From IMG/VR virus record IMGVR_UViG_3300027687_000005: a DNA stretch of 64,000 nucleotides, one strand, 5' to 3'. How positions within the stretch are numbered: position 1 is the stretch's first letter; every line of letters starts with the position of its first letter. Under the pieces are notes generated by a model. It saw only the letters and a program-made list of their open reading frames with translations. It was not told where the DNA came from and searched no databases. This document shows positions 1 through 8,076 of this stretch, one piece after another. This DNA comes from an uncultured virus (IMG/VR IMGVR_UViG_3300027687_000005). Lineage: Duplodnaviria > Heunggongvirae > Uroviricota > Caudoviricetes. A program made the translations under genes and the position numbers.

Positions 1-48
1 CTTTCCCTGTTGTTTTCAAATTATTTTGCATCTGGTGCAAATTAACTG

Positions 49-77
49 TTTACAATCCAGCCACTGGCGGTTACTTA
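49..77 (+). promoter_or_regulatory. putative host sigma70 early promoter
   Basis: TTTACA(49-54)-N17-TACTTA(72-77) upstream of the first ORFs, with an AT-rich upstream region. Confidence 0.45.
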
Positions 78-115
78 CTGGCAACAACTTCAATCAGCCT
101 TGAAAGGGCCACATC

Positions 116-202
116 ATGAAAACCTTTATAAATATACTCACAGCCGCAACAATGGTATCAACCCTTGCAGTTCTTGCCGGGGCCCTTGCCGCTAATCTTT
201 AA
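116..202 (+). CDS. 28-aa hydrophobic peptide
   Basis: Own translation MKTFINILTAATMVSTLAVLAGALAANL; preceded by GAAAGGG. Confidence 0.45.
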   Translation: MKTFINILTAATMVSTLAVLAGALAANL

Positions 203-251
203 TCAAAATCTAACTATCAACAGTATCAAACCAAATATGAGGGAATACATC

Positions 252-926
252 ATGACAATCCAATTCAAAACACTGAAAGCCGCGCAGGAAGTCACTGGCA
301 AGCTTTCCAATCGCAATTCCAAAATGCCGGGTACTACCTTTGCGATATCTGCAAAGCATTGCGGTGTTGGCGGCAAGCTAGTCAAAGTCAAAGGCTCGGT
401 GTGTGATAGATGTTATGCAATCAAGCTACAAAACCTGCGCCCTAGCGTTGATAAGGGCTGGACCGCGAACTATCTCGCAGCAACTCAAAGCATCTCAAAT
501 AATCCTGCAAACTGGGCGGCTGGTGCAGCTTTCCAAATCAAGCGCATGGCGGTTAAATCTGGTGAGATGTATCATCGTTGGTTTGATAGCGGAGACCTAG
601 CTTCGGTTGATATGTTGAATGCAATTTGCATGGCGGCTGAATTGACACCAGAGGTCAGCCATTGGCTTCCTACCCGTGAGGCTAAGATTGTCAAAACCTA
701 CCTAGCTAATGGCGGCAAGGTACCCTGCAATCTTATCATCCGTATCAGCTCAACCATGATTAATGATAAGCCAATTGCAGGCTATGCCAACACCTCAACA
801 GTTCACCGCAAGGATAGCGCACCAGAGGGCCACATCTGCCCTGCTAGCCACCAAGGTGGCAACTGTGGTGACTGCAGGGCTTGCTGGACCCATAGCGTTC
901 CTAACGTCTCCTATCCGCTGCACTGA
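252..926 (+). CDS. GP88-family Cys-rich phage protein
   Basis: Motifs C..GSVCDRCYA, RWFDSGD, HWLPTRE, CPA..CGDCRACW. Start placed at ATG 252 after GAGGG. Confidence 0.75.
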   Translation: MTIQFKTLKAAQEVTGKLSNRNSKMPGTTFAISAKHCGVGGKLVKVKGSVCDRCYAIKLQNLRPSVDKGWTANYLAATQSISNNPANWAAGAAFQIKRMAVKSGEMYHRWFDSGDLASVDMLNAICMAAELTPEVSHWLPTREAKIVKTYLANGGKVPCNLIIRISSTMINDKPIAGYANTSTVHRKDSAPEGHICPASHQGGNCGDCRACWTHSVPNVSYPLH

Positions 927-984
927 GATTTGTATCGGTGACCCTGCCGTTTTCGGTAGGGCATCCCATGCAAATCCCTGCATG
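927..984 (+). ncRNA. structured intergenic RNA element, copy 1 (RNase III-site-like)
   Basis: GATTTGTAT/ATGCAAATC outer stem, CCCTGCCG-TTTT-CGGTAGGG inner stem, overlapping CATGCA-N6-TGCATG hairpin; repeated at 1917-1971. Confidence 0.6.
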
Positions 985-1004
985 TTTTGAGAGGACTAAT
1001 TAAG

Positions 1005-1196
1005 ATGACAATCGGCGGATATAAATTAAAAGATGAGGGCTTTGGCTTATCAGTGACTGAGCACGAAAGCGGGTGGTCTATGTGGTTGCAAGGTGATGAC
1101 GCGGACCAATTTCGTAATGAGTGGGAGGCTTGGCAAGAGAAGCGCGACAACAACTTCCGCAAGTTTTTAAATCATCACGAATGGACATTGGCATAA
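1005..1196 (+). CDS. hypothetical early protein
   Basis: ATG after GAGAGGA; stop overlaps the next start. Confidence 0.7.
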   Translation: MTIGGYKLKDEGFGLSVTEHESGWSMWLQGDDADQFRNEWEAWQEKRDNNFRKFLNHHEWTLA

Positions 1197-1384
1197 TGGA
1201 AAACCAACTCACACAAGGCGAATTGATCGCCAACATCACCGCCAACGGATTAACCTTTCTTGTCTGTATCGTTCAGGAAACCGGGGAAGATTTCATGGGT
1301 CAGCAGGTCCTAAAATCCCGCAGCTATTCCACCATGAAAACAGCCCAACGTGGGGCCATTAAGATGCTGGGGGCTTTGTCATGA
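1196..1384 (+). CDS. hypothetical early protein
   Basis: TAATG overlap with the upstream gene; begins MENQLTQGEL. Confidence 0.65.
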   Translation: MENQLTQGELIANITANGLTFLVCIVQETGEDFMGQQVLKSRSYSTMKTAQRGAIKMLGALS

Positions 1385-1587
1385 ATACCGCTGAAAAACT
1401 GAATGTAATTGCAGAGGCTGGGAGCACCTACCATATCCGCAAATATAGCGGCGAATGGGTGCCTGTAGTTATCGTAGGAAGTAAGGTTTTCACTGGGGTG
1501 CATTGCAGCACCTCAGGGGGTGCCATGGCCTCTGCAATCAATCTTTGCGCCACTCGCAGTGCTGCACTTTTGGAGGTGACCCAATGA
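1381..1587 (+). CDS. hypothetical early protein
   Basis: ATGA overlaps at both ends. Confidence 0.65.
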   Translation: MNTAEKLNVIAEAGSTYHIRKYSGEWVPVVIVGSKVFTGVHCSTSGGAMASAINLCATRSAALLEVTQ

Positions 1588-1730
1588 AATATGTAACTTG
1601 GAACCAATTCAGCTTGACCTCACTTAAACAGGCGGAACGGCACAAACAAGCACTGGAAGCGGATGGGTGGAGATTGGTCCACTCTGCCGTGGGGTGCTTG
1701 ACCTACTCGAAAGCTGAGGTGACCCAATGA
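1584..1730 (+). CDS. hypothetical early protein
   Basis: Strong RBS GGAGGTG, ATGA overlap; begins MKYVTWNQ. Confidence 0.7.
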   Translation: MKYVTWNQFSLTSLKQAERHKQALEADGWRLVHSAVGCLTYSKAEVTQ

Positions 1731-1918
1731 GCTATCAACCCACACCACTGAAAGACCTGCCGCATGGGGCATACTTCAAGCGCAAACCTGAGGCCCGAAA
1801 GCTGTTCATTCGGGATGCTTACTGCAGGAGCCTGCGGAAATACTTTTGCATGCCTGAAGATGATGTGTGGGGCGGTGGCATGCCCCTCAGAGGCTCGACG
1901 ATTGTATATGTCAATTGA
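1727..1918 (+). CDS. hypothetical early protein
   Basis: RBS GAGGTG, ATGA overlap. Confidence 0.7.
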   Translation: MSYQPTPLKDLPHGAYFKRKPEARKLFIRDAYCRSLRKYFCMPEDDVWGGGMPLRGSTIVYVN

Positions 1919-1971
1919 TTGTATCGGTGTGCAGCATTGAGGTGCTGCCATCCCATGCAATTCCCTGCATG
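1917..1971 (+). ncRNA. structured intergenic RNA element, copy 2
   Basis: Same flanks as 927-984 with a different inner stem, GCAGCAT-TGAG-GTGCTGC. Confidence 0.6.
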
Positions 1972-1986
1972 TGAGAAGGAGAACTA

Positions 1987-2157
1987 ATGGCTAATAATTC
2001 AGCAATGCTAGCAGGCCTCGAGCAGTACCTGCAGGATATGGGCAAACTTTTGCCTACTGAAGATGATTTAAAACTTGAAAACCTGCAGCGAACCAATACG
2101 CTGCAAGTGGGCTACTACAACGATCCAAGAGACAGCAAAGGAGATGTAAGCTTTTAA
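1987..2157 (+). CDS. 56-aa protein ending GYYNDPRDSKGDVSF; probable homolog of 62706..62888
   Basis: RBS AAGGAG; own translation; similar C-terminus to the right-arm ORF. Confidence 0.75.
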   Translation: MANNSAMLAGLEQYLQDMGKLLPTEDDLKLENLQRTNTLQVGYYNDPRDSKGDVSF

Positions 2158-2217
2158 CTTATAACACGGTGAAGCTATTACCGTTTAATATTCAATATAA
2201 AATAGGAAATTCAAACA

Positions 2218-2433
2218 ATGAGAATAGATTTTAGCATTGATAGTCAGTGGGTAAACAGGAGAGACAATGCAGCGGCACGAGGCGGCTGCAGGCACAAAGC
2301 AATTCACTGGTCCATCGATAGGCAAGGGCCACCATCCAGAAAATCAATTGCACTACTTTCCACAGAAATAGAGGATGGTGTGATATCTGATGGCAGTGTC
2401 TATGCCACAGGCTTCGGAGGTAATTGCCAATGA
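2218..2433 (+). CDS. hypothetical protein
   Basis: 71-aa ORF with AGGA upstream. Confidence 0.45.
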   Translation: MRIDFSIDSQWVNRRDNAAARGGCRHKAIHWSIDRQGPPSRKSIALLSTEIEDGVISDGSVYATGFGGNCQ

Positions 2434-2506
2434 AGTTCGCAAAAACAGAGGTGCATTTAGACATCTTTTTTGACGAAGCCAAACGGCCCTGCAATATCCG
2501 CAAAAC

Positions 2507-2570
2507 TAAATGTGACCTACAGGCCCAGCGGTCACATTTATTGACTTTTAACTTCTATCGGCTTCATATA
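2507..2570 (+). promoter_or_regulatory. operator-like inverted repeat plus sigma70-like promoter of the regulator-integrase operon
   Basis: Perfect 11-bp IR TAAATGTGACC-N12-GGTCACATTTA directly abutting TTGACT(2541-2546)-N17/18-TCATAT/CATATA. Confidence 0.55.
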
Positions 2571-2619
2571 TCGGCAGAGATAATTAAGCCATATCCAAGA
2601 ACAGAGAGACACCTACCAA

Positions 2620-2949
2620 ATGGACCAGATGCAAAAATTAAAAGATGTGATGGATGAATTTACTAAATTTCACCCTAAAATCACAGCGAATATGATTGCA
2701 GTATTTTCGTATGTTGCGGCAAGACCTGAAGAGGTCATCCAAACCCGCGATTTGCCGGGTGCATTGAACCTGCCCCAGACAACCATCAATCGCCTAATAC
2801 GCACGATGGCTGACAGGTCATATATCCGCGAAGAGGGCTTCAAGCTTCTACGCCAAACTACAGACCTAGTTGATGAACGGCAGCGGATTGTTGAACTAAC
2901 ACCAGCAGGCCGCACCTTGGCTAATAAATTGAGAGGTATAATGAAATGA
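2620..2949 (+). CDS. MarR-like winged-helix transcriptional regulator
   Basis: HTH LNLPQTTINRLIRTM and wing D..DERQRIVELTPAG; sits just upstream of the integrase. Confidence 0.8.
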   Translation: MDQMQKLKDVMDEFTKFHPKITANMIAVFSYVAARPEEVIQTRDLPGALNLPQTTINRLIRTMADRSYIREEGFKLLRQTTDLVDERQRIVELTPAGRTLANKLRGIMK

Positions 2950-4010
2950 AGAACACAACAAAACTACACAAAGGAATAACGCAGCGCGGGGATAAATACC
3001 GCGTTAGCGTCATGGTCAGCGGGAAGCGCAAGACAGCTACCTGCAAGACCTTAGAGGAAGCTTCCGAAACTATGCAGCAAATGAAACTGGGGCTGTTCGA
3101 TGCCACCAGTGGTGAGTTTGATGTGTGGAATTTAGATACTGCTTGGGAGAAATATGTGGACTACCGCACAGTAAAAAACCCAGACGCCTCTGCAAATGGA
3201 AAGAAGTTCACTTGGTATGGCAAGATGATCTTAAATCACTTTGGCCCTGCAATTTCTCTGGACGATATAACACCGATCCAGACTGCTTCGTTCTATGATT
3301 TTCTAACTATTGAAAGGAAGTATTCGGCAAGTGCTGTAAATTATTTAGGAACCCTGCTGCACCAGATGCAACTGTTTGCAGTTAGGCGGGGGCGTAAGCG
3401 CATCGCACCTGTCAGGATGGAGGGCTGCAGGATTACTCAGGGGCGCATCAGGTTCCTTAGTGACCTCGAGGAAGCTAAGGTACTCGACTGGTACGACAGG
3501 ACAGGACGGGGCCATTCTGGTGACCTTATACGTTTCTACATTGATACAGGTCTGCGCAAGACTGAAGGTCTGCGCTTAAAGTTCACAGATGTGGATATGA
3601 AGACCGGGCGCATCACGATCTGGAAGACTAAGAACGGTAAGCCGCGCACCATCAAAATGACCGGGCGTGTGAAGAATATTCTTGAGCGCCTCGCTGTTGG
3701 TCGTAACGATTTTGATACCCTAGTTTTCCAAGGCAACAAAGAGAAGCGACTGTATCGTGATTGGTGGAAAATGCGTGATGCAATCGGCTTGGGTGATGAT
3801 GCTCAGTTCGTCCTGCACATGCTTCGCCACACCTGTGCAACCAGACTGCTTGGAGCGGGTGTTGATATCCGCAGCGCAATGGAGTGGCTTGGGCATTCCA
3901 GCATAGAGCAGACCCAGAGGTACGCACACTTCATACCCTCCAAATCTGACGATGCTGCTGACGCGCTTGACAGATTGGCAGCAGAAAAGTTAGGAGGTGT
4001 CATGGCATGA
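2946..4010 (+). CDS. int: tyrosine recombinase / phage integrase
   Basis: Catalytic motifs TGLRKTE, KTKNG, HMLRH, LGHS and Y in QRYAH. Confidence 0.95.
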   Translation: MKNTTKLHKGITQRGDKYRVSVMVSGKRKTATCKTLEEASETMQQMKLGLFDATSGEFDVWNLDTAWEKYVDYRTVKNPDASANGKKFTWYGKMILNHFGPAISLDDITPIQTASFYDFLTIERKYSASAVNYLGTLLHQMQLFAVRRGRKRIAPVRMEGCRITQGRIRFLSDLEEAKVLDWYDRTGRGHSGDLIRFYIDTGLRKTEGLRLKFTDVDMKTGRITIWKTKNGKPRTIKMTGRVKNILERLAVGRNDFDTLVFQGNKEKRLYRDWWKMRDAIGLGDDAQFVLHMLRHTCATRLLGAGVDIRSAMEWLGHSSIEQTQRYAHFIPSKSDDAADALDRLAAEKLGGVMA

Positions 4011-4300
4011 CCACCGGGTACATTTGTGGTACGTTTCTGGTACAGGGTTGCACCTTATAGCTGAATAACTAAAAGAAAAGAATAACTTACAAATTATGCA
4101 ACAGAAACCTCCACTATTACCACTCAATTTGTTAACAGTTAGAACAGCGCAGAGGCCTTATTCTAAAGGCTTCCTGCGTTGTTTTTCGTACCCGATGTTT
4201 CTAACCGTTAACGGCAAGAAACCTGTGGGTATCTGCACCGCATTTGCACCATTGCACCCAGCGGCTGCACCCCTCTCCAAAACCTCAATCAAATCAACGG
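4011..4300. other. probable attP region
   Basis: Non-coding gap right after int, with GGTAC x3 (4018-4043) and TGCACC x4 (4234-4271) short direct repeats flanking an AT-rich centre and a long hairpin. Confidence 0.5.
4143..4187 (+). terminator. long hairpin followed by a T-run (terminator or RNase III site)
   Basis: AACAGCGCAG-AGGCCTT pairs with AAGGCTT-C-CTGCGTTGTT, ending in TTTTT. Confidence 0.45.
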
Positions 4301-4304
4301 CTTC

Positions 4305-4322
4305 AATTGGGTTGCACCATAG
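4305..4322 (+). promoter_or_regulatory. putative phage RNAP promoter
   Basis: AATTGGGTTGCACCATAG; repeat family resembling the SP6 promoter ATTTAGGTGACACTATAG. Confidence 0.6.
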
Positions 4323-4360
4323 CTCCCAAAGCCCCTCCAACACCTAAAGGATAGAACAGA

Positions 4361-6853
4361 ATGACAATCGATCTGTATTCCACGCAAGAAGCGTTAGAGA
4401 AACAAGCAAGGACACTGACCAAGACCCGCTTTCAAAACATGCTCACTGAGAACGTCCAGAGGGGTAACGAATCATCAACATTCTACGGCTCACCATTGAT
4501 GAAGAGAGCTATTGAACCTGTAGCCCAGCGCATCGTCGAAGTGATTACTGAAGCTGAGACAGGCAAAGCAGGAAGTAAGCTTTCATCTGTTAAGTTCATG
4601 AAACTTCTGGAGCCTAACGTGATTGCTTTCTTCACTGCTAAAACAATCATTGATAAGCTCACCAGTAAGACCAACAAGCTGCAGACTGTCGCAAACAATA
4701 TCGGCAAGAACTTAGAGGATGAACTGCGGTACACCTCGTTTGAAGAGCAGCACCCATGGCTGTTTAAAAAGCTACTCAACGAGATTGATACGACCAGACA
4801 GCGCAAACGTCAGAACCTTGTCGCTGCCTACAATCGCTATTGCGAACAGTGGGTATCGTGGGGGGATGATGCTCGTATTCACCTTGGCATGAAACTGATT
4901 GAGATTTTTGTATCACGAACCGGGTTCGCTGAGTTGGCTACCCGTCCACTAGGTGGCAAGAGGATTGAGAAAGTTCTTGTAGCCACACAGAGTGTCATCG
5001 ACTTCCTGAACAACAACAAGGAAGCGGCTGAGATGTTATCGCCTGTGTATCTCCCGATGGTTGTACCACCTAATGACTGGACCGGGCCGAGGGGTGGTGG
5101 GTATCTTACACATCACACCCCTCCACTGACTTTAATCAAGACCTCGAACAGGAACTACCTAGAGGAACTTGAGGGCCTTTCAGAACAGATGGCACCTGTC
5201 TACCAAGCCATCAACCACATCCAGCGCACACCTTGGCAGGTTAATACGTTTGTCATGGTCACACTCCAGATGATGAATGAGCGTGGCTTGGCTATTGCTG
5301 GCCTGAGTGCAGCGGAAGATGAACCACTACCACCTCGCACCATTCCTGAAGGTTTAAAGAAGGAGGATATGACTGAGCATCAGCTGCGTGAGTTCAAAAC
5401 GTGGAAGCAACGCTCAACTAAAATTTATGAAGAAAATATTAGGCTGCGTTCCAAGCGGCTAATGGTTACTCGCATCCGCAGATTGGCAGAGCAGTTCTCA
5501 GTCTACAATGCTATCTACTTCGTACACACAGCCGATTTCAGGGGCCGTTTGTACCCTGCCAGCTCCTACCTAACCCCTCAGGGCAACTCGCTCTCTAAGG
5601 GCCTCCTGAAGTTCTCTGATGGCAAGCCATTGGGCACCAACGAGGCAGCGGTAGAGCTAGCGATACACGGTGCAAATACTTTCGGGTATGACAAGGCATC
5701 AATGCAGGAGCGTGTGGATTGGGTGGTAGAAAACCAAGACCGTATCCTACAGGCTGGCACCAGTCCTATGTCTGACTTGTGGTGGGCCAAAGAAGCTGAT
5801 GACCCTTGGTCATTCTTAGCATTCTGCGAGGAGTGGGTCGGATACAATACTGATGGTTATGACCATGTCTCGTTCATTGCAATTGCAAAGGATGGTGCGT
5901 GTAATGGCCTACAACACTTGAGTGCTGCTCTACTGGATGAGGTAGGTGGTGAGCAGGTCAATCTAATACCATCAGACAGACCAGCTGACATCTATCAGAC
6001 GGTCATCGACAAGACGATCATCAAGGTGAAGCAGGACCTAAACAGTAATGCCTATGTTCTTGATACCTATGCAGTGGCTGACTTGGCTAAACGATGGCTT
6101 GAGTATGGCATGACCAGAAAGACTGCCAAGAGGTGTACGATGACGCGGGTCTATGGCAGTACGTTGTTCTCTGCCCGAGCATTCGTGCAAGAGTTCTTGA
6201 CTGAGACAGACCTCAAACGAAGAGAGGAAAATGTTGGGTATGTATCCCCTCTACACGAGATGGAGTTCCCAGCATCGATCTACTTAGCCCAGCACGTTTG
6301 GACATCAATCAATGAAACTGTAGTTGCGGCGAAAACCGCTATGGATTGGCTGCAAGACTGTGCCAAACAGCTGGCTAAGAAGAACCTACCGATCATGTGG
6401 ACTACTCTCGACGGTCTGCCTGTGATGCAGAACTATCCTGACATGACTAAGCGTAGGTTGAAGACAAAGTTTGGTGACAAGCTAATCTATCTGACGGTTC
6501 AAGAAGCTAACAAGAACAAGCTGGATCGTAGGCGTCAGGGTGCAGGAGTATCTCCAAATCATACTCATTCTTCTGATTCCTGCCACCTTCGCATGACTGT
6601 AAACTTAGCTGCAGATAATGGGGTCACCCACTTCGCTATGATACATGACAGCTTTGGTTGCCATGCGTCCGACATCGAGATGCTGGGGGCCTGTACTCGT
6701 GAGGCATTCTTGTGGATGTACCATGAGAATAATCCTCTGCAGTCATTCAAGGACGAATGCGAAGTGATGTTGGGTGCAGAGTTAAAACCCCTGCCCCCGA
6801 TGGGTGACTTGGATATCACTCAAGTTCTCCAATCTGAATTCTTCTTCAGTTAA
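4361..6853 (+). CDS. T7-like single-subunit RNA polymerase
   Basis: DFRGRLY, DGACNGLQH, RKTAKRCTMTRVYG, IHDSF and C-terminal FFFS. Confidence 0.98.
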   Translation: MTIDLYSTQEALEKQARTLTKTRFQNMLTENVQRGNESSTFYGSPLMKRAIEPVAQRIVEVITEAETGKAGSKLSSVKFMKLLEPNVIAFFTAKTIIDKLTSKTNKLQTVANNIGKNLEDELRYTSFEEQHPWLFKKLLNEIDTTRQRKRQNLVAAYNRYCEQWVSWGDDARIHLGMKLIEIFVSRTGFAELATRPLGGKRIEKVLVATQSVIDFLNNNKEAAEMLSPVYLPMVVPPNDWTGPRGGGYLTHHTPPLTLIKTSNRNYLEELEGLSEQMAPVYQAINHIQRTPWQVNTFVMVTLQMMNERGLAIAGLSAAEDEPLPPRTIPEGLKKEDMTEHQLREFKTWKQRSTKIYEENIRLRSKRLMVTRIRRLAEQFSVYNAIYFVHTADFRGRLYPASSYLTPQGNSLSKGLLKFSDGKPLGTNEAAVELAIHGANTFGYDKASMQERVDWVVENQDRILQAGTSPMSDLWWAKEADDPWSFLAFCEEWVGYNTDGYDHVSFIAIAKDGACNGLQHLSAALLDEVGGEQVNLIPSDRPADIYQTVIDKTIIKVKQDLNSNAYVLDTYAVADLAKRWLEYGMTRKTAKRCTMTRVYGSTLFSARAFVQEFLTETDLKRREENVGYVSPLHEMEFPASIYLAQHVWTSINETVVAAKTAMDWLQDCAKQLAKKNLPIMWTTLDGLPVMQNYPDMTKRRLKTKFGDKLIYLTVQEANKNKLDRRRQGAGVSPNHTHSSDSCHLRMTVNLAADNGVTHFAMIHDSFGCHASDIEMLGACTREAFLWMYHENNPLQSFKDECEVMLGAELKPLPPMGDLDITQVLQSEFFFS

Positions 6854-6890
6854 TCTAACTGTTAACGGTTAAAGGTTAGGAGCCGTTAAC

Positions 6891-6908
6891 GATTAGGTTG
6901 CACCATAG
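6891..6908 (+). promoter_or_regulatory. putative phage RNAP promoter (middle genes)
   Basis: GATTAGGTTGCACCATAG in the gap after the RNAP gene. Confidence 0.7.
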
Positions 6909-6934
6909 CTCTACAGAACCGAAAGGCACCGGAA

Positions 6935-7060
6935 ATGACTAACGAAACGCTCATCAACATCGCCGAATACTACAAGCGAAGCGGAGTTCCCGTGCCTGTA
7001 GACATTCAAGCCCGTCTCATTGCGGCTGGCATCGACGTTCAAAAATACCAACACGTTTAA
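6935..7060 (+). CDS. 41-aa hypothetical protein
   Basis: Own translation MTNETLINIAEYYKRSGVPVPVDIQARLIAAGIDVQKYQHV; GAAAGG upstream. Confidence 0.7.
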   Translation: MTNETLINIAEYYKRSGVPVPVDIQARLIAAGIDVQKYQHV

Positions 7061-7070
7061 AGGAATAATC

Positions 7071-7670
7071 ATGACTGATTATGTGACACCACATGGCATT
7101 GCAGTATGGCCTAAGCTCAACACTCCAGATTTCAAATGGAATCCAGATGGTGAGTACACTGTTAAGTTAAAAATCTCAGCAGAGGAGAGCCAGCCACTAA
7201 TCAAACAACTTGAAGAGCTGCGCGATACCTACCTTGCCACTGCAATCAAGGAGGACCCAAAGGTTGCTAAATATGGCATGGCCCCTCTTTATGAAGAGGA
7301 AGCTGACGACCAAGACAACCTCACTGGCTTCAACATCTTCAAGTTTAAACAGAAGGCTAAAATCACAACTCGCAAAGGTGAGACTATTGAGAAGCGAGTT
7401 GCTATTTACGACAGCAACAAGACGCCAACGACTTCGACAGTAACTGGTGGCTCTACGCTGCGTGTTGCTGGTAGTGTATTTGGGTACGCCATGCCTTCTA
7501 GCAGGATGGTAGGTCTATCACTTCGACCTGAAGCTGTGCAGATTATCACCCTGGCATCAGCTGGTAATGGTGAGCAAGCTGCAACCATGTTCGATAAGGA
7601 AGATGGCTTCGTTGCTGATAGCTTCGCCAACTTGGAGACAGCTGCGGCTGATGATCTTGCAGACTTCTAA
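7071..7670 (+). CDS. ssb: single-stranded DNA-binding protein (T7 gp2.5-like)
   Basis: TPHGIAVWPKLNTPD..GEY, acidic tail ending in F, RBS AAGGA, synteny. Confidence 0.9.
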   Translation: MTDYVTPHGIAVWPKLNTPDFKWNPDGEYTVKLKISAEESQPLIKQLEELRDTYLATAIKEDPKVAKYGMAPLYEEEADDQDNLTGFNIFKFKQKAKITTRKGETIEKRVAIYDSNKTPTTSTVTGGSTLRVAGSVFGYAMPSSRMVGLSLRPEAVQIITLASAGNGEQAATMFDKEDGFVADSFANLETAAADDLADF

Positions 7671-8076
7671 GCCCAGCAAGGTCAGGGCAAACGCAATAAA
7701 GAATGGTTGGCGGTCGGGGTTAGAAGAAACCCTTGCCGCCGATCTTCGTCTTAAAGGTATCACATACAAATTTGAGCCAACCACTTTGAAGTACAATGTA
7801 CCCGCAAGAGTGGCACGCTATACCCCCGACTTCTGGGTAACCACCAGAACAGGCAAGGTCATAGTGGTGGAAAGTAAGGGACGATTCTTGACTGCCAATC
7901 GACAGCTAATGCTGCTGGTTAAAGCCCAACATCCCAATCTTGAAATTCGCATGGTCTTCAGCAGGTCCAAGGAAACAATTTCTAAAACCAGCAGCACTAC
8001 ATACGCAATGTGGTGTGAAAAGCACGGCTTTCAGTACGCTGATAAATTAGTCCCACAGGAGTGGTTAGATGAATAA
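7651..8076 (+). CDS. endonuclease I (T7 gp3-like Holliday junction resolvase)
   Basis: RSGLEE, YTPDF, ESKG, IRMVF, WCEKHGF; start uncertain. Confidence 0.92.
   Translation: MILQTSKPSKVRANAIKNGWRSGLEETLAADLRLKGITYKFEPTTLKYNVPARVARYTPDFWVTTRTGKVIVVESKGRFLTANRQLMLLVKAQHPNLEIRMVFSRSKETISKTSSTTYAMWCEKHGFQYADKLVPQEWLDE

Noticed and set aside
927..1971. CRISPR-like array from the early repeats
   Set aside because: Only two copies about 1 kb apart with genes between them. The Cas4-like gene at 55809 is an ordinary phage exonuclease.
2424..2657. 77-aa ORF spanning the regulator promoter
   Set aside because: It overlaps an operator-like IR and promoter and has no recognisable motif. It has a possible RBS, so it is not excluded, only unsupported.
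4076..4104. dif-like site (TTATGCAAC resembling a Xer arm)
   Set aside because: Only a partial match to one arm, and the phage encodes its own integrase.
4096..4347. ORFs on both strands between int and RNAP
   Set aside because: No convincing RBS or motif; the region is better explained by repeats, a hairpin and promoter-like sites.
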